A stretch of 64,000 bases of DNA from the human T2T-CHM13v2.0 reference genome, Homo sapiens: assembly GCF_009914755.1 (NCBI RefSeq), contig NC_060938.1; one strand, given 5' to 3'. The position numbers were made by a program, and so were the translations under genes. Shown in pieces: positions 42,651 to 55,882 of this stretch (its first letter is position 1; each line of letters opens with the position of its first letter). The notes below the pieces were generated by a model. The model ran no database searches, was not told the DNA's origin, and saw only the letters and a program-made list of their open reading frames with translations.

Positions 42651-44896
42651 CACGTGGCGCCCAGTGAAACTGTAAGCAAAGCACCACTCCACAAATGCCT
42701 CACTCATCTCCACACCCACCTGACACAGTCATTGGATTTTAGGACACGCATCCTTCTTTCAAAGTTCAGGAATGTTCACAAGCAAGTCAAAATTCATTTT
42801 GAAAGCTCCTTTGACTTGACCGAAGACGCCCCAAGATGTCACCAAAAGCCAAGGATGGGAAGCCCTGTTCTATCAAGGTGCTGAAACCCAGTCCTGGGGA
42901 GTGTTTGACTTGGGAAGTAGGCTGCCCTCCTTCTGCTCACCGTGGGCAGGGACCAGAGAGAGGGTCTGGGATTCAATACGAGCCTGATGGGGGTTCTGCC
43001 ATGGGGTGTTGGACGGGGGCGTTCGACAAACCAGTGCAGGCTCAAACCCTGCTCCTCTTGCCCCCAGCCCCAAGAGTCACCGAGAAAACAAACACAGTAA
43101 GTCTTTCTTAAACCTCCCACCAAGCAAGGGTGCAAAGGAAGACCATGGGCCTCAGCGTGAATGCCCACGCACCACAGCTCTTGGCATGGGTCCCCCTGCC
43201 TGCCACATGTTACCACCACTCGCTTTGAAGAACAGCGTGTTCATCAGCACTCACGAGGCTTAACAGCCACAGTTTAACCTAGTAATGCCCAGCCCCCACA
43301 GCAGGCTAGTCATCATGGTCAGTGAGAAACAGCCAGACTTTTCACGCAGATGGGCATTTTCGGGGCCAGTCTCTGCACTCTCCAAGCAGGAGCTGGTTGG
43401 AGTCTCTGCAGGCTCAGGCCCAAGACGGGTGGCCTTCCCAGCAGCTTCGCCATATCAGCTGCCACGTGCTATACCGATGTCCTTCGAGGCTCATCCTAGG
43501 ACTTCATCAAAACCGTTTTTGCAGATGCCAGGACTGTAATATTCACCACTTCCCCCAACCAGCACATGACCTTGATGGAGCTGGAATCAGCCAGATCCAA
43601 ACAAACTGGGCGCAACGTCTGCTCTCCAGCTGCACTGTGCTTGGGGTGCACTCAGGGGTTTGTTCAGCTCCCCCGCCAAAGAATTGGAGAAGTCGTATTT
43701 CACATATAAATATATTTTACTTCTCAGTTCACTAACATCAGCCTCTCATAAACTCACTAAATGAAAAGCTGCAAGAATCACTTTGTTATGGATATGTAAA
43801 ATGACATATTGCATTGGCTAATTATTTCTCTATGGAATGAACAGCCCCATGACTTTCGGGGGCCCCAAAAGAGAACGCTCTACAACAGAAGCACAAGGTC
43901 ATTCTTTAGTGGGCAGGTAATTGGGAACTCCATGCTAGGCTGTGGCTTATTAGGGATTTGCGGTTCCCCTCAATGCACATTAACTGAAAAGCTGGACAGT
44001 ATCTAGAGCAGGCGTGCCTTCCATGGCAACAGCATCTCCGTCTTCCCAGTGCATATGGCTGTCAAAGTCCTTGTCAGGTACCAGTTCAGAAACACATAAC
44101 CCATCCTGGTATTTTTGTAGTTTCACACATCTAGTGGACTACTTGTTTGCAATAACATCATCTGGTGAGCTTTTGAGGATTTGATTCTGTGGCACTTCTT
44201 GAGGAATACATTTTTTAATATCCTTTAATTTTTGCCTAAGGACTTGGCTGAATCCAAGTTAGATCCACATGTAACCTTTTTAAGGAAGGCTAAATTGAGA
44301 CAGAAAGGCCAAGATTTTTCTCCGAGTAGAAATGGATATTTATTACTTAAGAAATTGCCTAAATGTTGCTATCGAGGCTTTATAAAGACTCACTTGGTGT
44401 ACTGGGGAAAAAACACACAAAGCAAAACTAGTCCACTGATTCTGTACCAATTACAATGTTTGCCTTAGGTGAATTGCCAATCTATGAGTCATATTTGTCT
44501 ATATCACTCTGCCCAGGGTCAAGAGAAGTGTCACAAATAAGCAGGATGTGGAAAAGCGTTTGATCACGGTGGCGATGCCGAGGTGGGGAAAATTCCAGTG
44601 ATAACCTCTGAGGAAAATAAGCCATTTCTTACAACTAAATCCTTTCTGTCATTTCTAAAATGAAAATTAGGAGCTTATCAAAATGTAACATAGCTTAACT
44701 ATCAAGATCAATTAGAGATGGAAATAATTGGGTAGCTAGTGTTCTCTACAGAAAGCCAGTGTGTAAGGAAACAGTAGTGTTATTTGTAGGAGGCATTTAA
44801 TTATTTCCAAGTTGTGGGACAAATAATAAACAAGGGTACATTTCTGGCTGTAGAATTTTGATCTATAAATGTCCTTTGAGGAATCAGCTTGTTAGG

Positions 44897-45261
44897 TGTA
44901 TTAGTCTGTTCTCACACTGCTGATAAAGACATACCCGAGATTGAGTAACTTATAAAGGAAAGACATTAAATGGACTCACACTTCCACGTGGCTGGGGAGG
45001 CCTCATAATCATGGCAGAATGTGAATGAGAAGCAAAGTCAGGTGTCACATGGCGGCAGGCAAGAGAGTTTGTGCAGGGGAACTCCCCTTTGCAAAACCGT
45101 CAGACCTTGTGAGACTTATTCACTATCACGAGAACAGCACAGGAAGGACCCGCTCCTCATGATTTAATTACCTCCCACGTGGTCCCTGCCACCACATATG
45201 GGAATTATGGGAGCTACAATTCAAGATGAGATTTAGGTGGGGACACAGCCAAACCATATCA
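44897..45261 (-). mobile_element. THE1B-like solo LTR (MaLR)
   Basis: tgtattagtctgttctcacactgctgataaagacatacccgaga...ggggacacagccaaaccatatca. TSD ttagg/ttagc. Confidence 0.93.
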
Positions 45262-45851
45262 TTAGCTTTTCAAAGATTGTACTTTCAATTATGATCAAGG
45301 TTCCATCTTAGAAAAAGAAAGCAAATGAATAAAATAATGGTCTTAAAACCAAATTCCAAATTTTGGTTGCTTCAAGGCGTAAGGTCTTACAAACCATGTT
45401 TGGAACGATGGTGGATAGTTCTTTGATGACTGACAAAGAGTTATAAATTTCTTCTGTCACCTTACAGTAGAAGGAGAATCAGAACTGATTTTTTTTTCCT
45501 TCAAAAATTCCCCGCTGGGGACAATGACCTCTTCCACAGCTTTAGTGTGCACACTCATGTACAATTTGAACAAGCAAGCCATGCCTTCTACCCCCCAGTG
45601 GCATCCCTGCATTCCTCAACACACCAAAGGGATCTGGAGACAACAAAGGGGTCAGCAGATACAGGTCTTTCTATAACTTAGTGATACGTGTACCAAGATA
45701 GCTGTTTTTTCAGGGGAGGAGGAGGATATTTAAGATATTTTAAACATCTTTTTAAAAAATTGGATGGTACCAAAAGATAGAGAATTGTATCTTCCCTATC
45801 CCTAGAGACTCATGCCTTCTTCCAGAATGTCATGTTACCTGATTTTCTGTT

Positions 45852-46274
45852 TGCACCGGGTTGAATAGTAACCCCAAAATTCATGTCTATCTGGAATCTC
45901 AGAATGTGACTTTCTCTGGCAATAGGGTCTTTGCAGATGCAATTAGTTCAGATGAGGTTATAGTGGGTTAGGTCAGACCCCAAATCCAATGACTGGAGTC
46001 CCCATAAGTAGAAGAGATAGACACAGGGAGACAGAGGCACAGAGGGAAGAAGGTGGCGTGTTAGTGGAGCCAAAGACCAGAGCTGTGAAGCTGAGGAGCA
46101 CTGAGGCTTGCTGGCAATGCCGGAAACTGGGTCGAGGCGTCCTCAGGGAGCACAGCCCTGCTGATGCCTTGACTTCAGACTTCTGGTCTCCAGAACTGTG
46201 ACAATATCCATTTCTGTCGTGTTCAGCTCCCAGTTTGTGGTCATCTGTCACGGCAGCCCTCGGAACCTAATCCG
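45852..46274 (+). mobile_element. MLT1B-like solo LTR
   Basis: ccccaaaattcatgtc...atagggtctttgcagatgcaattag...cagacttctggtctccagaactgtga. TSD ctgtt/ctgct. Confidence 0.88.
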
Positions 46275-46375
46275 CTGCTGAAAACATGCCCCTTACTGAT
46301 GTGCTGAACCCTATTCCCATATTTGGACAAAGAAATGGAATCATGTGGCATGACCAAAACCATCTGCATCTTTAG

Positions 46376-46556
46376 CAGGGGCGGCATCCTAGGCTGCATG
46401 TTAGGATCTCCTGGGGTTTTTTTAATTTTAAATCCCACTGCCCAAGCTGCACCCCAACCCAATTAAATCAGAAACTCTGGAGGTAGACTCAGACCTGGGT
46501 ATTTTTAACCCTCCCTGGGTCATTCCAGTGTGCAGCCAAGACCGTGAGAACCACTG
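46376..46556. mobile_element. MER5A/MER5B-like (hAT-Charlie)
   Basis: ccaattaaatcagaaactctgg...gtgtgcagccaagaccgtgagaaccactg. Confidence 0.8.
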
Positions 46557-46569
46557 ATCTCTAGGATGC

Positions 46570-47370
46570 AGCAGCGTGGTTTTCTCACAAAACCACTGGC
46601 TTCAGAGTTAGTCAAGTTTTGGGTTAATTTCTTGTTTTGCTACCTCCTAGCTGTGTCCTTGGGCAAGTCATTTAATGTATCTGATATTTACTTTCTCCCA
46701 TCTGCAATGAGATTGTGAGGATCCGTCTTTTTAAGCATGTAAAATATCTGAAAATGCCTGGCTCAAAGTAGACAGCAAATAAATGTCATTTTCTTTTCAT
46801 TCTCCCGACACATAGAGGGACAATTTCAAAGGACATGTAAGAATCCAGGCTGTAGAGTGAGGCTGTGAGAATCAAATCCTGACTCCACCACCTACTAGCT
46901 GTAAAACCATGGGAACTTCTCAGTGCCCAGTTTCCTCACCTATAAAATGGGGCCTCAGAGAGCCATTATGAGGTTTACATGGGATAATAAGGTAATTTGA
47001 CCCAGGTAAAGCACTTAGAATAGTACCTGGCTCATTGAAGCATTCATTAAATGTTAGCTCATATTGTAGATTTACATTATAGACATTATCTGACAACACT
47101 CTGCACAGCCCGCCCCCCCTTGGAAATGTGAACTTCATGTGGTACATTTTAGCATTGCTTCTCTTCGCCGTCCAGAGCAACATGATATACACAAAAGAGT
47201 CAGTAGACAGCAGTCCGGAGACTTGAGCTCTGAGCTCCGCTGAGATGCCACTAAGCTTCAGGATGGAAGACAACACTTTTCTCTATGCCTCATTCCAGGA
47301 CTCAAATTATAAAAGAAAGGGTTTACTAAGCTGATCCCTATGGTTCCTTCTAGCATATAAAAGTTATGAT
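46570..47370 (+). mobile_element. Cluster of three MIR/MIR3 fragments
   Basis: ccttgggcaagtcatttaat; cccagtttcctcacctataaaatgggg...gtaaagcacttagaatagtacctggc; gatccctatggttccttctagc. Confidence 0.75.
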
Positions 47371-49848
47371 CATCTGAATATTATAAAGCAATAGATGAAG
47401 TTTGGGCTGTGTTTAGTAAACAATCTCTATGTTTTTATGGTTAGGATTTTATTCTGAGGCTAGAATTCACACAAAAACGTCCAGTATCGACAGAGAAGGA
47501 ATCCAATCCATTTCATTGGAACAAAGAACAGCCTTAGAGATTTTTCAAGAAGTTTCAGGCCGAGTCACCCAGTCTCCCAGTCTACCGTATAACTGCTGGT
47601 TGAAGCTGGAGAGAAGACATTAGTGGCTCATGCACAAACTTTAAAGCTTAATTTATGTGAGAACATAAATTGATACAACCTCACTACTATGAGATTAAAT
47701 AATATGTATCAATAGTCTAAACAATACACAGTAATTATGTTTCTAGGAATCTCTCCTGAGGAAATACAATTAAAGTGGGAAATTAGATAATAGGGATTAG
47801 TAGTCTACAATAGTCTAAACTATACAAAGTAATTACATTTCTAAGACTCCTGAGGAAACACAATTAAAGTATCCTTTTTTCATGCTTTTGGGACCAGCAA
47901 TTGGAGAATCTGCCCAGCTCATTGAAAAGCCAGTTAAATAGGGAAATCTTAAACAATGGTGCAAATATACCATAAATACGTTGTTATAAGTTACAATATA
48001 AAAATATGAATTTTCTCACCAGTCTTGCAATAAAGGACCAAGGCTCTTCTCTGAGTATCACTCATGTTCTGATTGGAATTATGTGCCCTCTTTCTTGCAC
48101 AAAACACGCCTATATAATTCATGCTCTTAATTTTGAGTTTTGGTTTCTTTAAAGTGGAACACAAACTTAAATATTTGGAGGACAATGTGACAGTAGACAC
48201 TTTCTCCATTTTACCATTTTATTTTCTCAAATTGTTCAGTTTCCTGGCTCATAATCTAGTTTTATAGCAACTGTATTATTACTTCACTTTATTGCATCTC
48301 CCCAAAGCATTCTACTTAGTTTTTATAGTTTATATGGAAGCAACCACCCTCTTTCTTTTCTCACTCATATTTCACAGGTTAGTATTCCAACCAATGACAT
48401 CACAACAACTGTCATAAACAGGTTTGAGAACAAACACGGTAATTAACTCTTGGTAAGCCCATATTCCAAATAGTGGGAGAAGGAAGACTGAGGCTTCCCG
48501 ATGCAAGCGGCATATTTACCGAAGGCATAGAAGACGTCAGCGAATCCAGCAAAACAATGCAGGGAAACAGTGATTATGAGGGTTCCTTCTGTAGTCAAAT
48601 ATGTCATCAAAGGTTTATGTTTAAAGATGTTTGAACATCTGGAATAGTAACTGATGCTGGCAGAAATATAGAAACTATATAAGTTTACAATGAGAAAATA
48701 GCTAAGTAACATAAAACATATGATGAAATGGTATGTAGACATCAAAAACTGCATTTTAAAAACTATTTTATGATATAGAAGATGCCCATATTATGATCTA
48801 ATGTATAATTCAATAAAGATTTACCAAGCAATAGAAAATTTTGTAAATTCTGAAAAAAAAGTCTATTTTCTATCTTTCTTATAAAAACCAAAGTGGGCCA
48901 GGACTTGGAAAACGGGACTGATGTCATGTTGAACTCCTCGCTTCCTTTGACCTTGATCTATTTGGAGTTTAGGCATTGTTTTTAAGAAGAAAACATGCCG
49001 CGCAGGTTCTCTAATAATAAAATGCACATAACCTCAAGAAAAGGTGGGGTCATTTTTCTTCTTATATGGCCAAGTAAGCTTCTCCTAGACCTTCCTGCAG
49101 ATAACCACTATCAACTTTGGATAAAAATATAAAATAAGGCTTCTGTTCACTAGACTGTGAGTAAAAAGCAGGAAGACTCTAGCAGCAAGCTAGAGGAAAA
49201 AAAATGCCAAGAGGTGAAATTCCCATTTTTATAGCTTTTAGCCTGAGGGCATGTCAAAGTTGTCACCATGTAAGTGAGTGAATCTCTAAAAGAAAACGTT
49301 TTGTTTTTCTGGGCTGAAGACAACAGAGTTCAGAACAACTAGGGTCACTGGAGGATGAGGGAGTAATTCTGGAAAAGAGACAAGCACAGAAGAAGCACCC
49401 CAAATTTTCTAAGTGAAATCTGAACCTTATATGTGAGAGGTGGATTCAAAGCAGCTAAACTAAGTGTAAAAAACTGAACTAAAATTCAAACTGCTCCAGG
49501 GGAAAGAGTTTTCAGTTTGAGTCCAATCAAATTAATTATCTGCCCTTTGAAAAAATCAGTGTTCTTCCGAGAAATATAACAGAATCCAGATGGCATTCAC
49601 AATGTCCAGGATACGATCCAAAATTACACAACAGAGGAGAGACAAGAAAATGACCTATCCACAAGGGAAAAATAATAGATGAAGACCAATTCTAAAATGA
49701 CCCAAATGTAAAAATTATTAAACGAGAATTTAAAAGTAAGGACAGAAGTGAAAATATGTTCTCCATGCCTGTAAAGATGGAAAGCATCATCAGATAAATA
49801 GAAATTATAAAAAGGAATCAAATGAAAATTCTAGAGCATCAAAATACA

Positions 49849-50128
49849 TGTATGATATTATAATGTTAGACACATGTCCTTGTACATTTGTCCAAATCCA
49901 TATAATGTACAACACTGAGAATGAACCTTACTGTAAACTATGGACTTAGGTGATAGTGATGTATCAATGTAGGTTTATCAATTGTAATTAAAGTACCACT
50001 GTGGTGGGAGATGTTGATAACAGTGGAAGGTATACATGGGGGTGGAGGGTGGGCAGGGAGTATATGGAAAATCTCTCTATTTTGCTCTGAACGTAAAACT
50101 ACTCTAAAAAGATAAGTATTTTCTTAAA
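49849..50128 (+). mobile_element. L1MC1-like 3' end fragment
   Basis: catttgtccaaatccatataatgtacaacac...gtaaactatggactt...gggagtatatggaaaatctct. Contains a canonical G4 motif at 50038-50058. Confidence 0.8.
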
Positions 50129-50831
50129 ATGCAACTTAAAAAATTCTTCATATGGACCCAATAGCAGAATGGATATGATAAAAGAGTCTGTGAACTTGAA
50201 TATAGGCCAAGAGAACTTACTCAATCTGAAAAATGTAAAGAAAAAAGATTGGAAAAAATTAACAGAGCCTCACAAACCCCTGTGACAATACCAACAATCT
50301 ACTATCAGTGTAAATGGTAGAATGGAGGGAAAAGTGAGAATAGGAAAAGAGGGAAACATTTTGAAAAAATAAGGACCAAAAAGTTTCCCAAATTTAATGA
50401 AAGACATAAATTTACAGATAAGAAAGTCAGAAAGCCTCGAGCAGAAAACTACAGAGAAAACCACACCCAATCACCCATAGTCAAACAGTTCCAAAGCAAA
50501 GAGAAAGAGAAAATCTTGAAAGCAACTGGAGAAAAACAAAACATAATGGACAGAAGAACACCACATCAAATGACCCAGTTTATCATTACAGAAGGCCAGA
50601 ATATACTAGAACAATATATTTAAAGTTCTAAATGAAAAACTTTAAAAACCTATTAACCCAGAATCTGATACCAAATGAACATATCCTTCAAGGATTAAGA
50701 CAAAATAAAAACAAGTTCATATAAGAGATAGCTGACAAATCACTGACAGCAGATCTCTACAGGAAGTTCTTTATTCTGAAGGGAAATCATATCACATGGA
50801 AATTCAGATCTTCTGCAGAAAAGGCAATCTA

Positions 50832-51558
<727 letters not shown>

Positions 51559-52236
51559 TTTTATATATAATAAAATAAAATATATATAAAATAGCTTATA
51601 TATATAAAGCTATTTAAGTGAAAATTATAGCATTGTCGGGTTGGGTTTACACTGTAAATGTAATGTGTACAGTAACTACAGTATGAAGTAAATGGAGATA
51701 AATGAAGCAATGTAGCTGCAAAGTTTCCACATTTTACATGGTGAGCTACAATATTAACACTAAGTGGACTGTGATAAGTTAAGGAGGCATATTGTAATCT
51801 TTAGAGAAATCATTAAAAATACAGAAATAAATGGCTTAAAAGTCAATAGATAAATTAAGCTGAAATTATTTTTAAAAATCAAATAATTTAAAAAGAAGGC
51901 TGAAGAGAAGACTGGAGGAACAAAAAACTACATAGGACAAAAAAGAAACAAACAAAAATGGTAGACCTCAATCCAACCATATAAAAATACTTTAAATGAG
52001 TAAATAATTAGAAGGCAGAACTAGAATAGAAGGAAGAACTAGAATAGAAATAGAATTTTAAAAGGAAAAAATCCTGGACCCATCTATAAACCGTCTGTAA
52101 GAGAAGCACATTTTTAAATATAAAGATACAGATAGGTTGAAAGTAAATGAGTGGAAAAAATCTACATTATTATATGGAAGCATAAGAAGGCTGGAGTGAA
52201 TATGTTAATATCAGATAAAATAGGCTTCAAGAATTG

Positions 52237-52536
52237 CGGCCGGATGTGGTGGCTTATGCCTTTAGTCCCAGCACTTTGGGAGGCTGAGGTGGATGGATCA
52301 CCTGAGATCAAGAGTTCGAGACCAGCCTGGCCAATATGGTGAAACCCCGTCTCTACTAAAAATACAAAAATTAGCCAGGCATGGTGGTGGGTGCCTGCAA
52401 TCCTAGTTACTTGGGAGGCTGAAGCAGGAGAACTGAGGAGGCGGAGGTTGCGGTGAGCTGAGATCATGCCACTGCCATCCAGCCTGGCTGACAAGAGCAA
52501 AGCTCCATCTCAAAAAATTAAAAAAAAAAAAAAAAA
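52237..52536 (+). mobile_element. AluSq-like
   Basis: Dimer with gacaagagcaaagctcc and a small right-arm deletion. TSD aagaattg. Confidence 0.9.
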
Positions 52537-54435
52537 GAATTGAATATTTTACAGACAATTACACCCCAAACCTGGAGAATATATTTCTTTTCAAATGTAC
52601 ATGGTATATTCATCAATACATAAAACATAAGACAAGTCTCACTAGAATCATATGAAGTATGTTCTCTGACTACAAACGAATTAGAAATCAAACAACAATA
52701 AAATATCTAGAAAATCCCAAATACTTAAAAACTAAACAACACACTTCTAAATAATGTATGGGTCAAAGAATAAGTCACAAGAGAAATGGGGAAATATTTG
52801 AACGGAATGATAATAAAAACACATAAAAATTTGTGGAATTGACCTAGATCTGTGCTTAGGAAGAAATTAATAGTTTTAAATGTTTATATTTGAAAAGAAG
52901 AGAGATCTAAAATCAAGAATCCAAGGTTCCAACTAAAGGCACTAGAAAAAGAGGAGCAAAGGAAACTCACAAAGTTAGTAGACAGAAGTAAATACTAAAC
53001 ATAACAGCAGGAATCAATGCAATTAGAAAACAAAAAGTACCAAAAAATGTAATCAAAAGCTTGTTTTTGAAAGATAAATATGAGTTGTATACCTCTAGTT
53101 ATTCTGATCAATAAAATAGAAAGGGCACAAATTAACAATATTAAGAATGACATGGGAGACATCCCTGCAGGTGCCATGGATATTAAAGATATAGTAAAAG
53201 ACTATGCTAACTTTAAATTAACACATTGGACAACTTAGATGAAATGGACAAATTCTTTAAAACAGAAAATCTCAATACTCATATATTTATCAAGAAATTA
53301 GCTTCTTTATCAAAAACATCTTCACAAAGAAAACTTCAGACCCAGATAGCTTTATTAGTTAATTCTATCAATACTTAAGGAAATAATAACACCAACCACA
53401 TAAAATTCTTCCTAAAACTAGAGGAGGAAACCTTTCCTAACTTGTTTTATGAGGCCACAGAAACCCTAAAATCAAAGCCTAACAAAGATGTTACAAAATA
53501 AAAGAAAATTATAGGCCAATATCATTCACGAACATAGATGCAAAATGCTTAACAAAATATTAGTAAACAGAATACAATATGTAAAAAAGATAGTATATCA
53601 TGATGAAGTGGGGACATATCCCAGAAATTTAAGGTTAAATTAACATTCAAAAATCAATCAGTGTAATTCATATTATTAACAGACGGAAAGAGACAAACCA
53701 TATGATCATTTCAACAGATGCAGAATAAACATTTAACAAAACTCCACATTCATTTATGAGAAAAATTAGAAATAACGTTATACATAGGGCTATCATATTT
53801 AATGATGAAAGATTTCAACTTCTCCTGTTAAGATATGGAAAAAGGCAAGGATGCCCACTTCCACCATTCTTACTCAACATTGCACTGGAGGTTCTAGCCA
53901 GTACAATAAGATGACAAAAGTAAGTAAATAAACAAGTAAACAAAGTCATCCAGAGTAAAAAGGAAGAAGTAAACTGTATCTATTTTTAGATAACATAATT
54001 GTTTACATAGAAAAATCCAATAGAATCAACCAAACCACCACTAGAACTAATTCATGAATTTAGCAGTTTGGTAGAATCTATCCTTCTACCAAAGGATAGA
54101 AGGTAAACATGCAAAAATCAAATTTATTTAAAAAATAAATTTAAAAAATAATTCCACTTATAATACTATCAAAAAACTTAAGATACATAGGGACCAATTT
54201 AACAAAATATGTTCAAGACTAGTACTCTGAAAATTACAAAACATTTTGGAAGAAATTATAGAAGGTATAAATAAGTGGAGAGATATACCATAATAATGGG
54301 CCAGAAGACTAACATGTCAATTCTCTCCAAATTGATCTATAGATTCAATGTGATCCCAATTTTAACCTGCACCTGTTTTGTGGGAATTAATACGTTTATT
54401 CCAAAAATCTATATGGAAATGCAATGAACCTGCAG

Positions 54436-54651
54436 CTGCACCATACATTATGGTGGCCAATAACTACATGTGGCTACTTAGATTTCTACGTAGGTTAATG
54501 CAAATTAAATAAAATTAAAAATTAAGTTCCTCCACCACACTAACCACATTTCAAGGGCTAAATACTCACATGTGACTAGTGATTACTCTTCTTAAATGGT
54601 GTAGATGTGTAACATTTTTATCACTGCAGAAAGTTCTGTTGGACAGCACTG
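54436..54651 (+). mobile_element. MER3 (hAT-Charlie) inside L1 ORF2
   Basis: acatgtggcta...aaattaaataaaattaaaaattaagttcctc...ccacatttcaag...gcagaaagttctgttggacagcactg. Confidence 0.88.
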
Positions 54652-55882
54652 ACCTCAAATAGCCAAAGCAACCTTGAAAAAAACCCCAAAAACAAAAAAC
54701 TAGAGGACTTACATACACTACCTGACTTCAAAACATACTACAAATCTACAGTGGTCCAGACATTGTGGAATCACATAGACACAGGAGAAAATGTTCAGGA
54801 CTTAAGAATAGGCAAAGGTTTATTTCACAAGTCACATGAAACAACCATAAAAGTAGAGGTAGACTTCATCAAAATTAGAATCTTCTGCTCATCAATAGAC
54901 ATTCTAAGGAAAATGAATAGGCAAGCCACAGTCTGAGAGAAAATATTTGTAAAACAAGCATCTGACATAGCACTAGTTCCCAGGAAACATAAGGAACCCC
55001 TCCAACCCAAAAATAAAAGCATAAATAACCCCTCTCCTCAAAAAACTGGAGTGAGCAAAGGTTTTAAAAAGAAATTTTCCAAAAGAAGATATGCAAATGT
55101 TCAATATACACAACAAACAGTTCTCAACATCATTAGAAATCAGGCATATGCAAATTAATCAGGCATATGCAAATTAAAACCACAATGATAATACCACTAC
55201 ACATCTATTCAAATAACTAAAATTAAAAACAATGAAAACACCAAGTGTTGGTAGGGTGCAGGGCAACTGGAACTCTCATACATTGTTGGTGAGAATGTAA
55301 AATGATACAGCCACTTTGGAAAAATACCTTGCAGTTTCCTAAAAAACTAATCACACACCTGTGACCCAGTAAGTCCACAACTAGATTTCTACTTAAAGAA
55401 AATAAAAACATACACTCATTCACAAAAAGACTTATGCAAAAGAAAATAGCAGATTTATTCATAATGGCCTGAAATTGTCCCTGTGTTCTTTAACAGAAAA
55501 ACAGACGACCAATTTTTTTTATTATTATACTTTAAATTCTGGGGTACATGTTTAATATATTCATAAAACAGAAGAAGATTTAGCAACAAAAAAGACCAAC
55601 TATTAATACATGGAACAAGATGGATAGATCTCAAAAATATGCTGAGTAAAAGAAGCAAGACCAAAAAAGGGGCATATACTGTATGGTTCCATTTATATGA
55701 AATTTTAGAAAAGGCAAAACTAAGCTATACGGTTAGTTAGCAGCGTCAGAAGAATTGTTGTCTCTGGGGATCTGAGGATGGGAACAACTTGGGAAGTAGC
55801 ATGAGGAAAGTGTCTAAGTGATGGTAATGTTCTACATCTGGCTAGGCTTTGGATTGCAGAGTATGAACTTGTCAAAATTCAG

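Noticed and set aside
48443-48754. - strand ORF with a possible donor ttcg|gtaaat
   Set aside because: Weak splice signals and no recognisable product
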